A DNA stretch of 64,000 nucleotides from Fimbriosthenelais zetlandica (taxonomy: Eukaryota): assembly GCA_977030845.1 (NCBI GenBank), contig OZ365118.1, positions 19,654,001 through 19,718,000 on the forward strand. The letters run 5' to 3'. The notes under the pieces were generated by a model, which saw nothing but the letters and a program-made list of their open reading frames with translations, did not search any database and had not been told where the DNA came from. Below are positions 52,901-64,000 of the stretch, one piece after another; the first letter of the stretch is position 1, and the number at the start of each line of letters is the position of its first letter. The translations under genes and the position numbers were made by a program.

Positions 52901-53234
52901 CAACATTGTAAATCTCTGCTACCCTGAAAGAGTGGGAACACCTAAGTCAGACTCCTTCATATGAAAACCCTAAAGTCCCTACTGACTTTTAAATAGGGAT
53001 GCTATTGACAATATTAATTGGGATGTTTTGATATTGTTCACCCACATTTCGTCCTCAAAATCTATCTTCATTTCTTGTACGACTTCAGGGGCATCTTCTT
53101 CTTCATTTGCAAAGACTATCGCTCTTTCCTGAAAGTAGTTTCAACGTCTATATTCTTGCTCTTCACTTTTCACACTCTTCCTTACACATTCTCTCACTCT
53201 CTCATATCGCCTTTCTCTCTCACTCTCTCCTCTC

Positions 53235-53276
<42 letters not shown>

Positions 53277-54400
53277 ATCTCTCTCTCTAACTTACCCTGG
53301 TTGTATTTGTGGCGGGGTTAGTCACTCTGACGATCACATTGTTGGTGAGTCTATGAGGAGGTCTGTAGCTCAGTTTGCCTTTGATGAAGAATTTTAATAC
53401 CGGGTATCTGTTGTGGTTATCAACCATGAGATCTGTAAGAAGTGGGAGATAGATGGGAGACTAGATTGAGATTGAGACACGACCAGATTCACAACTTTAC
53501 GGACAGAGGTAGATGGGACAGAGAGTGGAGATTGAAAGCTTGAAGATCTCCCCATCTCTGGTCCTAAAGATAACCTGGATCTCTGTGACCAATGGTCAGC
53601 TGGTACCTTATTTCATCAAGTAAGCAACTGTTGAGTAATACTTACCATGACTTTGTGTGCTTGATACTGAGAACTGTTGCCATTCAAATATCATATCAGG
53701 ATAGCAGGAATAGACAATCTGAATGAAGAAAAATATATCATTTAATCTGATTTCAGCTTTACTTTGTGAATTGCATGTTATGGTATTCCATAGTGATATA
53801 GAAATTTACATTACTCACTGAGAATGAGAGTGCAACTGCAAAAAGAACTGCAATTTTCACGTTCTTTGCAATCCAAGTGATTTTCTCTTTTTTGCTACGT
53901 GATTGGGGAAATTGTTGGAAGTCGTCCTCAAACCATCCGGCTCTGTTTAATAAAAAGACACAACAATTGGAAAAACAATATTCCAAACTTGATATAGGCG
54001 TATATATCGCCTGCAGTGTATTAATTGATGCCTCCATGACCAGACTGCCAACGCGTCTGGTTGCTTGCAGTTTTCTTGTCATGCAACTTCAGAAACTTCT
54101 GAAAACGTGGTGCACAAGAAATTGATCAAGGTCAGATTAAATTACCAGGGCCGAAAAAACGCTCCAGTCTTATGCTCTAGGCATAAGTAATAATATTGCT
54201 TACTTGGTGGCAGGTAGTAGAGGCGTGTTCTCATCCACCCCGTGCTTCTTATACAGGGATTGCTCTGACATGCTTCTCTTCCTGGAGAATGGAGGACGGT
54301 GGGCGGGGTGGCCTGGAGGACTGTACTCTGTAGTCATCACCTGCACCTCACCCCTCCACTCCTCATCCTCCACACTGCTAGGTTTATTCTCCATCTCCAT
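49931..54400 (-). CDS. OCA2: P protein / OCA2 (ArsB/NhaD/CitM-fold anion transporter), 18 exons, about 744 aa
   Basis: Exons 54400-54204, 53942-53819, 53718-53646, 53432-53296, 53128-53046, 52923-52770, 52672-52601, 52437-52315, 52215-52091, 52012-51874, 51757-51622, 51477-51281, 51198-51090, 51001-50874, 50729-50565, 50358-50265, 50191-50098, 50015-49931; phase-consistent, 2235 nt. Motifs: [63 protein letters not shown]-terminal ENTPLL. Confidence 0.93.
53180..53290. repeat. (CT)n microsatellite in an OCA2 intron
   Basis: Long imperfect CT/TC run. Confidence 0.9.
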
Positions 54401-56102
54401 ACTGTAATTCTTTAGAAATTAATTAATTTAATTTAATTTTTTACCAGTAGACCATCATCTTGTCAACTTTAATCTAATCTCCTACTTGTGTGGTGATATA
54501 TAACTGGTATTTATTACTAGGGGCAGAGTTTAATTATACTCGTTGACATGCCTTTAGTCACTTCACACTTTATTTACATACTTTATGATTTAGGGCTTAC
54601 ATGATCGTACAGGTTCTTGTACATACTACTGACAATCCCATCCCCACTGGCACACTATATAACTGATAACATGGCAGTAAACTTAGGTGGATCCCTTTAC
54701 TTTCTATTAGAATCTTGTCTCATGATATCAGGGCATGCAGTGTATACATAACCTCTAAACACGGGTTTGCTTTTATTTGGTTTTGGTTCTCGTGGTTATA
54801 GCTCCGCTGTCCTTGATTCTGAACTCGAGATGATTTTAAGAATGAACGCCATGTCATGCCTGCATGAGGCTATAAATCTAATACAGCTTCCACGAAGACA
54901 AAAAACCATACTGTCACATGTGTCATATTTTATATAATGTATGCATTAACACAGACTGCACCCAGTCATTTTTACAATGAAATCTAGGCCAGGATCCGTA
55001 TAGGGAGCATGCTCTAAGCGTCTCACTAGTCACTTAATATTCACTACTATATTAACAAAAAGTCTCTACCGGTTTGAGTCTAGAGTCAAATCCCCCCTTT
55101 TGGTAATCAGAACATCTGTATTATTAATTACTGCTCATTAATATAAGATCCGACTCGTTAGTAATTTGCGTATGACAAGTATCAGATGTGAAAAATATCC
55201 ATGTAAATTATAGCGTACATGTAGATAGTGAAACTTGGTGAATGTAGTCAATGTTACTGATGTTCACCCACATATATAGGCCTATTTAATTGTCACCATG
55301 TCACTATATATTCCAGCCATTTTGTCTGTTTATAATCGGTTCCATCTCTGACATACCAACCTGATATAGCTTTAATGCCCCTTATCTTTCGGCTGCTGAT
55401 CAATGAGTCCTGCCAATATCCTTAATGGATTATCTCTCCAGTGGTAAGCATCAGATGAGTTAATCCATGATGGATTAGTGATGTACACATCCCTGCTGTT
55501 ACTTGTAGAGTAATATAGACACCAGTATTACACTATAGTAATATTAATGCCCTTATCTGTTAACGCGTTACATGTGATAGTGATAAGACAATGCTTGATA
55601 GAGCATCTGACCTCTTACACTGCTCCTTGACTCATCTCTCTACATACACACTGTGTACCATGTGTGAGTGAGTGTCTGTGTGTCCATGTGTGTCACATGC
55701 TCCATGCTAACACTCAGCCTTTCAAATTAACAAGAGACTGTGCTGTATTTTAAACCAAACTTCCCAAAAGTGAATGTTTGTCTGTCATAAATTAATACTA
55801 TACAGGTTTAGATCCTACTATTGATTAGCAATTTGAATCTGAATTTGTCTATAGATAGCTGCTATTGTTTCACATGGATGTTAAAGTCTAGAGTGGTTCA
55901 TGTTAAGCCATATAGAGCAAGATGTGTTGAATATATACACCTATATGTACACATTATCACGACTTAAGAAAACATGAATATAGTGATGTCTACGCCTGTG
56001 AGAGGGCGCCATTATCAGCGACACGAGCCTGTAGACACTATGTACATTATTGTAGATACACTTTGCGAACACAGGGTGTCACTACTGGCAATGAGCATTA
56101 TG

Positions 56103-58961
56103 TTATACATACCGTTGAAATGTTGCTCTTTTCACCACCAGTGTCATGAATGGCGTGCATTTCATGAGGTCTATTATAAAGGAGGTATCTTCCTTGGTTA
56201 AGTCTACTCCATTACACCACAGTAATGTGTCCCCCACCTCCACTTCCCCTGACCGTGCACACACTGATCCCTCAAATATAAACTTAATATAATGATATTG
56301 ATCACCAGGGTAGCGCGGTCTGTTCTTTCCAGAGACGAATTTCAGACCCCATCCCTCCTTGACGCCTCTCTGGAGACATACTGTCACTCTCCTTGTTAGG
56401 ATCCTACCTTGGGACCTGATTCCCATGGTCAGTTGAGTTCTGGAGTTGAGTATTTCCTGTATGGCTTCAGGGAAGGACATGTTGTCACAGGGTTGACCAT
56501 TGATGACAGAGATGTGTTCACCATGACACATGTTACCCTCCACCTCCGCTACACCTCCAGGTGTGACTTCAGTCACCTGGAATAAAGTTGATCCCGTCTG
56601 AGGTGCGAACTGGAAGCCGAAGGTGCTCCCTCTGGTGCTGAGAATGACGAACCTCGTACACAATCCCGGCTCCAGGACGGACTCTGTCAATACAAAATAA
56701 GAGTCCAGTTTTGAGGCCTTATTGAGATTGTAAAATGAAGTGAACATGTTGATTTTAAGTCTTTCTATGGGTTTTCTGGACATACCTTGGCTTGGAAAGT
56801 CAGACATTTCTCTTGGTTCATTCATTGTTGAACTTCTTAATCGAGGCATAACCTTTGGTTTTGCTTCTTCCCTATTAGCAGCTGAAAGAAGACCTTGACT
56901 TGGAAAGTCTGACATTTCTCTTGGTTCCTTCATTGAAGAACTTCTTAGTCGAGGCATAACCTTTGGTTTTGCTTCTTCCCTTCGATCAGCTGGAAATAGA
57001 TGTAACAATAGAAGAAGCCATGAAACAAGATTGATAAGGAGAATTGATAAACAATCCCTACACATCTTTCCTCAGAAATAGGAGAATGTTTAACCCAATA
57101 TACTGGAGTAAATAACGTTAGTGTGATTAGATAAACTGACCATTGTCCAGGCTGGAGTCCATTGACTTCATCTGTTTTACTCCGTCTGGTCGCCCCGTCT
57201 TTCTAACCTCTCTCTTTATAAAGTCTTTACTGGTACCGTCCATGTATAACACCTCATTAAGTCCACCCTCGTCTGTTGACCTGTTATCAGACATATACTC
57301 CCCATCTGACAGTGAATAGTAAGACATTTCCATCCCTGATCTCGCTCCTCTGGAGCAGAAAGACAACACATCAGAATTCTCCATAGCTGAGACATTACGC
57401 TTGAGTCTAAGTTCAGCATTGACATCTTTTGATCTTCTTGAAGATCTTCTTTGAACATTGTCACTACTTTCACTCTCACTCCTCATAACCACACTTGTCC
57501 TCGTTATCTCGTTTTTTGTATCGACCAGTTGAGCATCTTGATCATTCTCCTTGTCACTAAACTCAGCACTGACTCCTATATTACATTCGCACGATTGTAT
57601 CTCTGAAGTGCTCTTCTCGTCCGATGTGATATTTTTGAAGCCACAATCTGGCTTTGATTCTAAGTTTGACTTCATCTCATTTTTAGTTTCACCCAGTGTA
57701 GCATCTAGATCATTCTCCTTGTTGCTAAACTCAGCACTGACTCCTATATTACATTCACACGATTGCATCTGTGAAATGCTCTTCTCATTTGATGTGATAT
57801 TATTGAAGCCACAACCTGAGTTTGACCCTGGGTTTGACTCAGGGGTTGACTCTGGGGTTGACTCTGGGTTTGCTGGCCCTGGCTTTGATAGAGGATTGAG
57901 TTTACCATCGTCCTCACCAGACTCTAGTAAGTCTGTCTCACTGAGTCGCTTCTCTATGAAGTCAGTGTCTGACATCTCAACAGGCTGAGACTCATCACCA
58001 GCATCCAGCGCACACATTCTCTGTTTGGAGAATTTCCTCCGCTTTTCGCTGGCGATAGCATACTTGATTTTATCCACAATGAATCCATGTCTGAGGGAGA
58101 GAGCGTCAAAGAAATTCTGTACGAATCCTGGGCGATCAGATGTGATGATTTTATCAAGTAACCTGCAATTACAATACAACAAAATGTGAAAAAGAATGAC
58201 TTTTTCCTCCACTTTATGACTAAAGTATTTCTTTTTATTTCTGGAGGTGGTTTCTACCCATCAGATATTGCCAGTTCTCTGTATTAACCTCTACACATGT
58301 ATATATTCTGACATAAGCTGGCTATATGGACCTCATTGGTATTTGGTGCGTATCAAAGTAAGGTAAAATAGTAGTTTTATGTCAGTATTGCTGCGTAAGC
58401 ATGAAATTCTATACTCTCTGTCTCTATAGAGATTGTATCTATTATCTAAAATACGATCTAAACTAAGTACATATCAATTACACTTTGAGTTGTGAACTTG
58501 ATATGTAAGAGAGGTCTAAATTCAGGTGGTGCTACATCTAGCAAGTGAGGGTATATGAATGATATTATACCTTCTCACTTTCTCGGCTGTCGTATCACCC
58601 AGTCTGATACATTCCACCTCCTCGTAGCTGAGAGCATCGCATGAGATCAGTCTGTCTATGATGGGTCGTATCTCTACATTCTGTACGATGTAGTCGTACG
58701 ATCGCTGTAAGGCCTTACGTTCAGTGTCTTGTGCTGAAAAAGTATGCATAGAATATAGTGAACATGCTTTGTACATGTTTCGTTATTCATTTAAAAGTGC
58801 TCAGAAGTTGTCCAAATGTTTCTACGAATAGTCATTCCCGACCAAATGAAATATAAATATGACATCTAGCTGTTTGTATAGTTTATAGATATATGAGTGA
58901 AGCATGGTTTAGATATTAGTTATTTGTGAGAATACGTACATTTGTTCCAGCTGCAATCCAT
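56103..58961 (-). CDS. CARD (death-fold) domain + acidic disordered linker + two C-terminal PDZ domains, 5 exons, about 663 aa
   Basis: Exons 58961-58940 (accATGG), 58733-58571, 58162-57141, 56989-56786, 56683-56103; phase-consistent, 1992 nt. CARD: ALQRSYDYIVQNVEIRPIIDRLISCDALSYEEVECIRLGDTTAEKVRRLLDKI...FFDAL. PDZ1: TFGFQF...VTEVTPGGVA...HGEHISVING. PDZ2: GWGLKF...IFEGSVCARSGEVEVGDTLLWCNG. Confidence 0.85.
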
Positions 58962-59954
58962 GGTATCAGTGATTATAGCCTTCCTCCCCTCGTCTCTATC
59001 GTTTCTCTGGTTATACTTTAGTTCCCAGGACGCCCTCACATTAATGATACAACTATGATTGTGTCTTCCAGGATGAATGTCTTTCCTCAAAATCACAGAG
59101 CATGTCAAACACTCCCTGGAATAACCTCCAAAGCTTGATCCTTACTGATTCAAACGTTCAATAACAAAGAAATATCCCAACGTCTGAATATTTAGTATCT
59201 GCTTTCACGACTTGGGACAAGTTTGAACTGTTGGTAGTTGTAGATGATTCAAACTATGATGTCTTGTAAATCAGAGGGTGGGAGAGTCACGGTCCGAATA
59301 CGGTGCTCGTGACTGCTGGTATTACTCGACCGTAGACTTGATATACATTACTATAGCAAAAACTTAACCCACATAATTATATGTTACTAGGTGCGCAATA
59401 CATCGATCCTTTTCTTTTATTTCTGTGTCGTTCTCTCTAGTAGGGGACTGTCAGATAGAACTTGGACAATCTATACATATTTAACGCTAAAGATGATTTC
59501 GTTCAGTGCTACTTTACCACTGGTATTAGGAAATGTATTAATTTTTCTTTCCATGGTTTACTGAGGACTATGACTTGCAGGTTAAAGAACAGGGGGATCC
59601 CCTTCATAGTCATAAATTTATAATTATAAATACCATAATACCATAGTTCACTTAAAATCTGATGTTTCTATTTATAAATTCTAACATCATGCTTTTCTTA
59701 TAATTTGCCCTGCAGAATGGAAATTGGTCTAATGTTTTTCTACTCTCTTTCAATTGACATAGAATTAAAATGGGATGGGCTGGCCATATCCCAGCCATGC
59801 ATGCCTCCCACCACCCATGCATATCACTACAGGGAGTATATTGTTTTTATACATGTACATTTTATACCTTTATGTCATCTTTAATATATGACATCATTGA
59901 CTCATAGTTTGAAAGTTTCGATTCGAGGGAAAACCAGACTGGGAACTGGTGATT

Positions 59955-61736
59955 CTATATACTTCCTTGTTGCTCTACAGGGATCCATCCAGGCCTTGGA
60001 ACGGGGGCGGGGGGGGGGGGGGGTGGAGTTGTTGTGTAATCGATAACTTCAGAAAGTTTAAGCAATCTTTTCCCGCATTCTAATTGGATCTTAATGATAG
60101 AATAGGGAAAGTATAAAGGCATGTGAAATGCAATACAGACAGTGTATCGGTCTAATCGCCCCCCCCGCCTTTCAAAGCCCATCAAAGCTGATATCAGTTG
60201 ATCCTGCTCCAGATAGGACCTTTTTTAATGGAAAGTTCAATATTTTATTTTTTAAATCTGGGAATATTATATTAACACCCTGCTGGGGTATAGCCTATAC
60301 ATCACACCTCCTGTGTGAGGAGGACTATAGCGTCTACCTAAACCCAAGCTTTCTGACATATTGCACTTTTTTCTGGCTACCATGAACCCTCCTTCTACCT
60401 CAGGTGTTTATATTCTGAGCGTCCACCCATCACCTGCCAACACGGGTAAAAGGTCATATCACCGCAGAACGCCAAATATTTCTCATTTCTTCTTGTACCC
60501 TCATTTTTCTTGAAAATTATGTATGCGAGGATATTCTATTGGTTACCCATCCTCTTCAGATGTCCCTTTGGACATTCCTCCTTCTAAATTCAATTTAATG
60601 TCTATCCCAAATTTGTCTTCCTGGTCCTAGTTCCATGAAGCGCCGTTGAAGGCGCCACCTTACACCTCTCTCAGCCTTGCTGTGAATGGTTTAGCCACCA
60701 CTATTTCTGCCACCACCAGCCCCCACCACCTCCCACCTCCACTGCCACCACTCTCCCTGAGGGGGAGTGGTCCACTACCATTACACCACCGCTCACGACC
60801 GTGTCTTCTCTACTTCAAGACTCTACCATGACAACTATTAACCTGCACCTCTGTCTCTGCAAGTTGCGTCTGTAAAATGTATTCAACAGCAGACATTTAA
60901 CGCACTTGCTGGGCAGTGCTCGCTCCATTGCAGCAGTATTAGAGCATCTTTAAGCTGGGGTGGGAGGCTGGGAGGTATTACTAGCATCCTTCACTATAGA
61001 CAGGACCGTCAGTCTTCAAGATGGGTGAAGCGTCCTAACACAGGAGGACCAGAGCACGTGGGAAATCACTCACTCTGCCATTTATCTTGCCTGGAATAGA
61101 CCTACAGCAATGAGCTGCTCAATGCAAACAAGCATGGCAGGGTGAGTTACCCAAATACCGGATCAAATCATACTCATATGATTGTGTTGCCTTAGGGGAT
61201 TTTGTACATATTGGACATACACTTGTACAAATATTATTCATTGTAGACATATGTATGCTTGTTGAAAGGTGCTCATCCAAGCAAAAGCAACAGTTTTTAT
61301 CATTACAAATGTGGGATCGTGTTCTGAGAACCCATGTGTATGACTGATGTAAATGTTGCATTTCATCTTACAAAATATCAAAGACAGAGGACATGACACT
61401 GCCAGGGATCTTAATGCATCATAAAAAGGAATATTACTTAGAAAATATCAAGCAAAAATGAAGGCAGAAGAAAGCCCTGTGTGATGTATAGAACAGCTTT
61501 GTGAGGTGAAGCTAGAAGTTAAAGATGCGTGTATTAAGGATGGGAGGAGGAGGAGGAGGGGTATGGCCTGGTCCGCCTGGAGGAGACCAGGATGAGAGAC
61601 TGTGTAGTAGGCCTGTATGTAGGAGTATGGTGTGGAGGGGGAAGCACGTGTTGAAGGCCCACCTTACCCTACTCTCCCTGCTCGTCCTGGGGGTCGGCGC
61701 CAGGGTGGTGGTCGGGGCGGAAAAACCCAACAACAT
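59955..61736 (-). CDS. Tentative small multi-exon gene (about 128 aa) ending in a poly-Pro/PxxP tail
   Basis: Hand-built phase-consistent chain: 61736-61668, 60869-60843, 60626-60547, 60508-60463, 60337-60308, 60089-59955. Two donors are weak (GTGATA, GTGTGA) and I recognise no homology. Confidence 0.2.
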
Positions 61737-64000
61737 GACCAGGTGGGAGTCCCGAGGAATTACACTCACTCTTTTCTATTCCTAATAGTTAAACCAGAGT
61801 ACTCTCTTGTACATACTTACTTGAATTATCTGCTATTTTTATTAGAGTTTCCGCAATATTTCACTCGTATGCACAGGCTTAATTAGATTATACTTATTCC
61901 TATTTAGAAATATTCCATTTTTCACCCATTAGAGTATGATTTCCTTGCTCTTCCATTTTAATCTTCTTCAGGTAATTTAACTCGCTTCCTTTTTGTTTTC
62001 TCATCCAAATATATTGCAATATTAAGTTTCTGAAATTGTGACGGATGATCGACACTTTTCCCATAAGTTTCAATATCTCCATTTTAATTTCTCAAGAAAA
62101 CAGCTTGAGCTAATAAAAGCTGGAGTTTAATTAGGATAATTAACGGTAAAACCTGCCGTCTGTCACCTCAATTAACTCACGAAGAGGAAGTCAAGACCTG
62201 AGCTCATTCTAATTAATAATCTCTTCCTCGTTTTGCGTCTGGAACTCTGGATATTACTTTATTATTAAATCTGTTATTTCCATCAGATTCTTTCACCAGA
62301 GGCAGTTTTCATTGTAGTCTATGGAGGAGTATTAAGCTGTCTTTGGTATGCCCGGCGTATCAGCCACCGACCCACTCTCTATTCCATATTGCTATACAGA
62401 CAGATGGGGGAAGCCATCTACTCCAGTTTCGTCTTCGTAGACCTATACGACTCCTTAAATATTAAGTCTGGCTTCATTCCAGAACCAAATATGAAGCCAT
62501 ATCTGTATATGGCTTCGCTGTATATGGCTTCAGCAGCCATTTCAGCACCTCATACATATTAGACAGTTATAGCTTCATCCCAGTCCTATCTTCATCACCA
62601 GATCTAGGGAAGCCATGTTTTCTACACCTCTCCTAATGAAGTGAAGTGGTTAAGAGTTGTATTGTAGAAGCCAGGACAGAGTATGTAGGAGATTAATACC
62701 TTCACTTGCTCCCAGAGTAAGAAGGAACTCAGTAATGAGCTCCGAATAGCTTCACCGCCATCTTGATTGAATGCCTGTAATGTGGCTCACCTCTGACCAG
62801 CAGCTCTCAGCTGAAAGTCCGGGATTACCTCATCAATTCATCACAAGACATGTCTTCTTTAACGTTAATCTTTATCATTGATTTACAACCAGGACTAATT
62901 TCCTGTATGCTCCAGTCCAGGAAATTTATACTCCTATTGATATGGTTGTGTATGCAGTGACCATACATAGTTAGGGAGCGGTGTTTTCCACCAGGGTGGA
63001 TGTTATATAGACTTGATCTGATTTTGGAGGGAAGTGAATGGATCCAAGGCTAACAAGAGGCGGTGGTATGGGGGGGTAATAGATACAGGTTCTACCCTCC
63101 ACCCCGCTGTTATAGATTACCAGGGGCATTAGACAGGGGCCTGGAGTGTGAGCCTGTCTGGTCGGCGGCTAGGCCTGCTCTGGTGTGCCTAATTATGTAA
63201 TCAATTAAGACTTGTTTGGTCAGCTCTCAGGGCTTAACCAGAAATCATCATGTCTCACAGACCCTGATAAATATAACTCATGTTTATATTGCCAGGAATA
63301 TTGGTAACCTAGTACCTCTTTTACGGTCCAAAGTTTGAAAATCCGAAATATAATATTCAGACTAATAAAGCAGAATTGCAGCAAAGTAATTGCCGGAACT
63401 TTTTTCGGACATTCTGCTGGCAATCAACTACCCCTAGCTTATATAGGATCTATAGACCTGTATGATCCAAAAGATAACCTACATTTTCTGCTTGGGTAGG
63501 ACTTGGTAGGATCAACAATGTGCCTGTATAGGTCATTTACGTGTCATTTGGCCACATCTTGCCGTGATAACAGACACCATATTGATTTACAGGTGAATGC
63601 CTCTCAGCTATTTGACCATTGATTTTACATATCACCGGCCCTGGCAATACTCACATATACTGAGAGTACAATAGTTTATTCCAGCTCACAAGTATGATGT
63701 ATTGTATTCACTATCCCTACTCATCCCCCTATTCTGTCCCTTCATCCACCCAACCCATTCCTTCATCCCCTCTTCCATCACCCACTTTTTCCCTACATAT
63801 TTTCTCTTAAATCTTTTCATTTTCACAGCCTTTCCTCCCCTGACGATATATCTATCATACAGTAGCTGTATAGTGGTGGAGGCTGAAGTATCTAGAATTT
63901 TCCACCTCCTGACACTGTCTCAGTAAATGGCGATCATTTCCACCAGCAGCAGCCATACAAGGCCCGCTATATACGGAGAGACCATACAACATTTATACCC

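Noticed and set aside
62200-62900. Possible LINE/DIRS reverse-transcriptase relic
   Set aside because: All frames are heavily interrupted and I could not find RT, endonuclease or recombinase motifs.

Overview
Eukaryotic, intron-rich, fairly AT-rich animal DNA; a marine invertebrate, probably a lophotrochozoan, is my inference from gene content. I assembled seven protein-coding genes by hand from GT-AG boundaries with consistent intron phases: (1) a secreted 12-repeat chitin-binding (peritrophin-A/CBM14-like) protein, minus strand; (2) a 14-exon SLC6 Na+/Cl- amino-acid transporter, minus; (3) an 11-exon matrix metalloproteinase with a hemopexin domain, minus, carrying tRNA-iMet and tRNA-Arg(ACG) genes in one intron; (4) an intronless PRRT3/4-like 7TM protein, minus; (5) a secreted LRR protein with a spliced C-terminal PAN/Apple domain, plus; (6) an 18-exon OCA2/P protein, minus; (7) a CARD + disordered linker + tandem PDZ protein, minus. 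Positions 1-13.7 kb and 59.9-64 kb contain promoter-like sites and probable exons that I could not assign to a known protein. There are several minisatellites and a small MITE family, and no CRISPR array or rRNA. The strongest novelty candidates are the CARD-PDZ-PDZ architecture, the chitin-binding protein divided by repeated ELRA(G/D/V)KR convertase-like sites (possible polyprotein), and the soluble LRR-PAN protein. All gene models and family assignments are manual and come from remembered motifs, with no database search.
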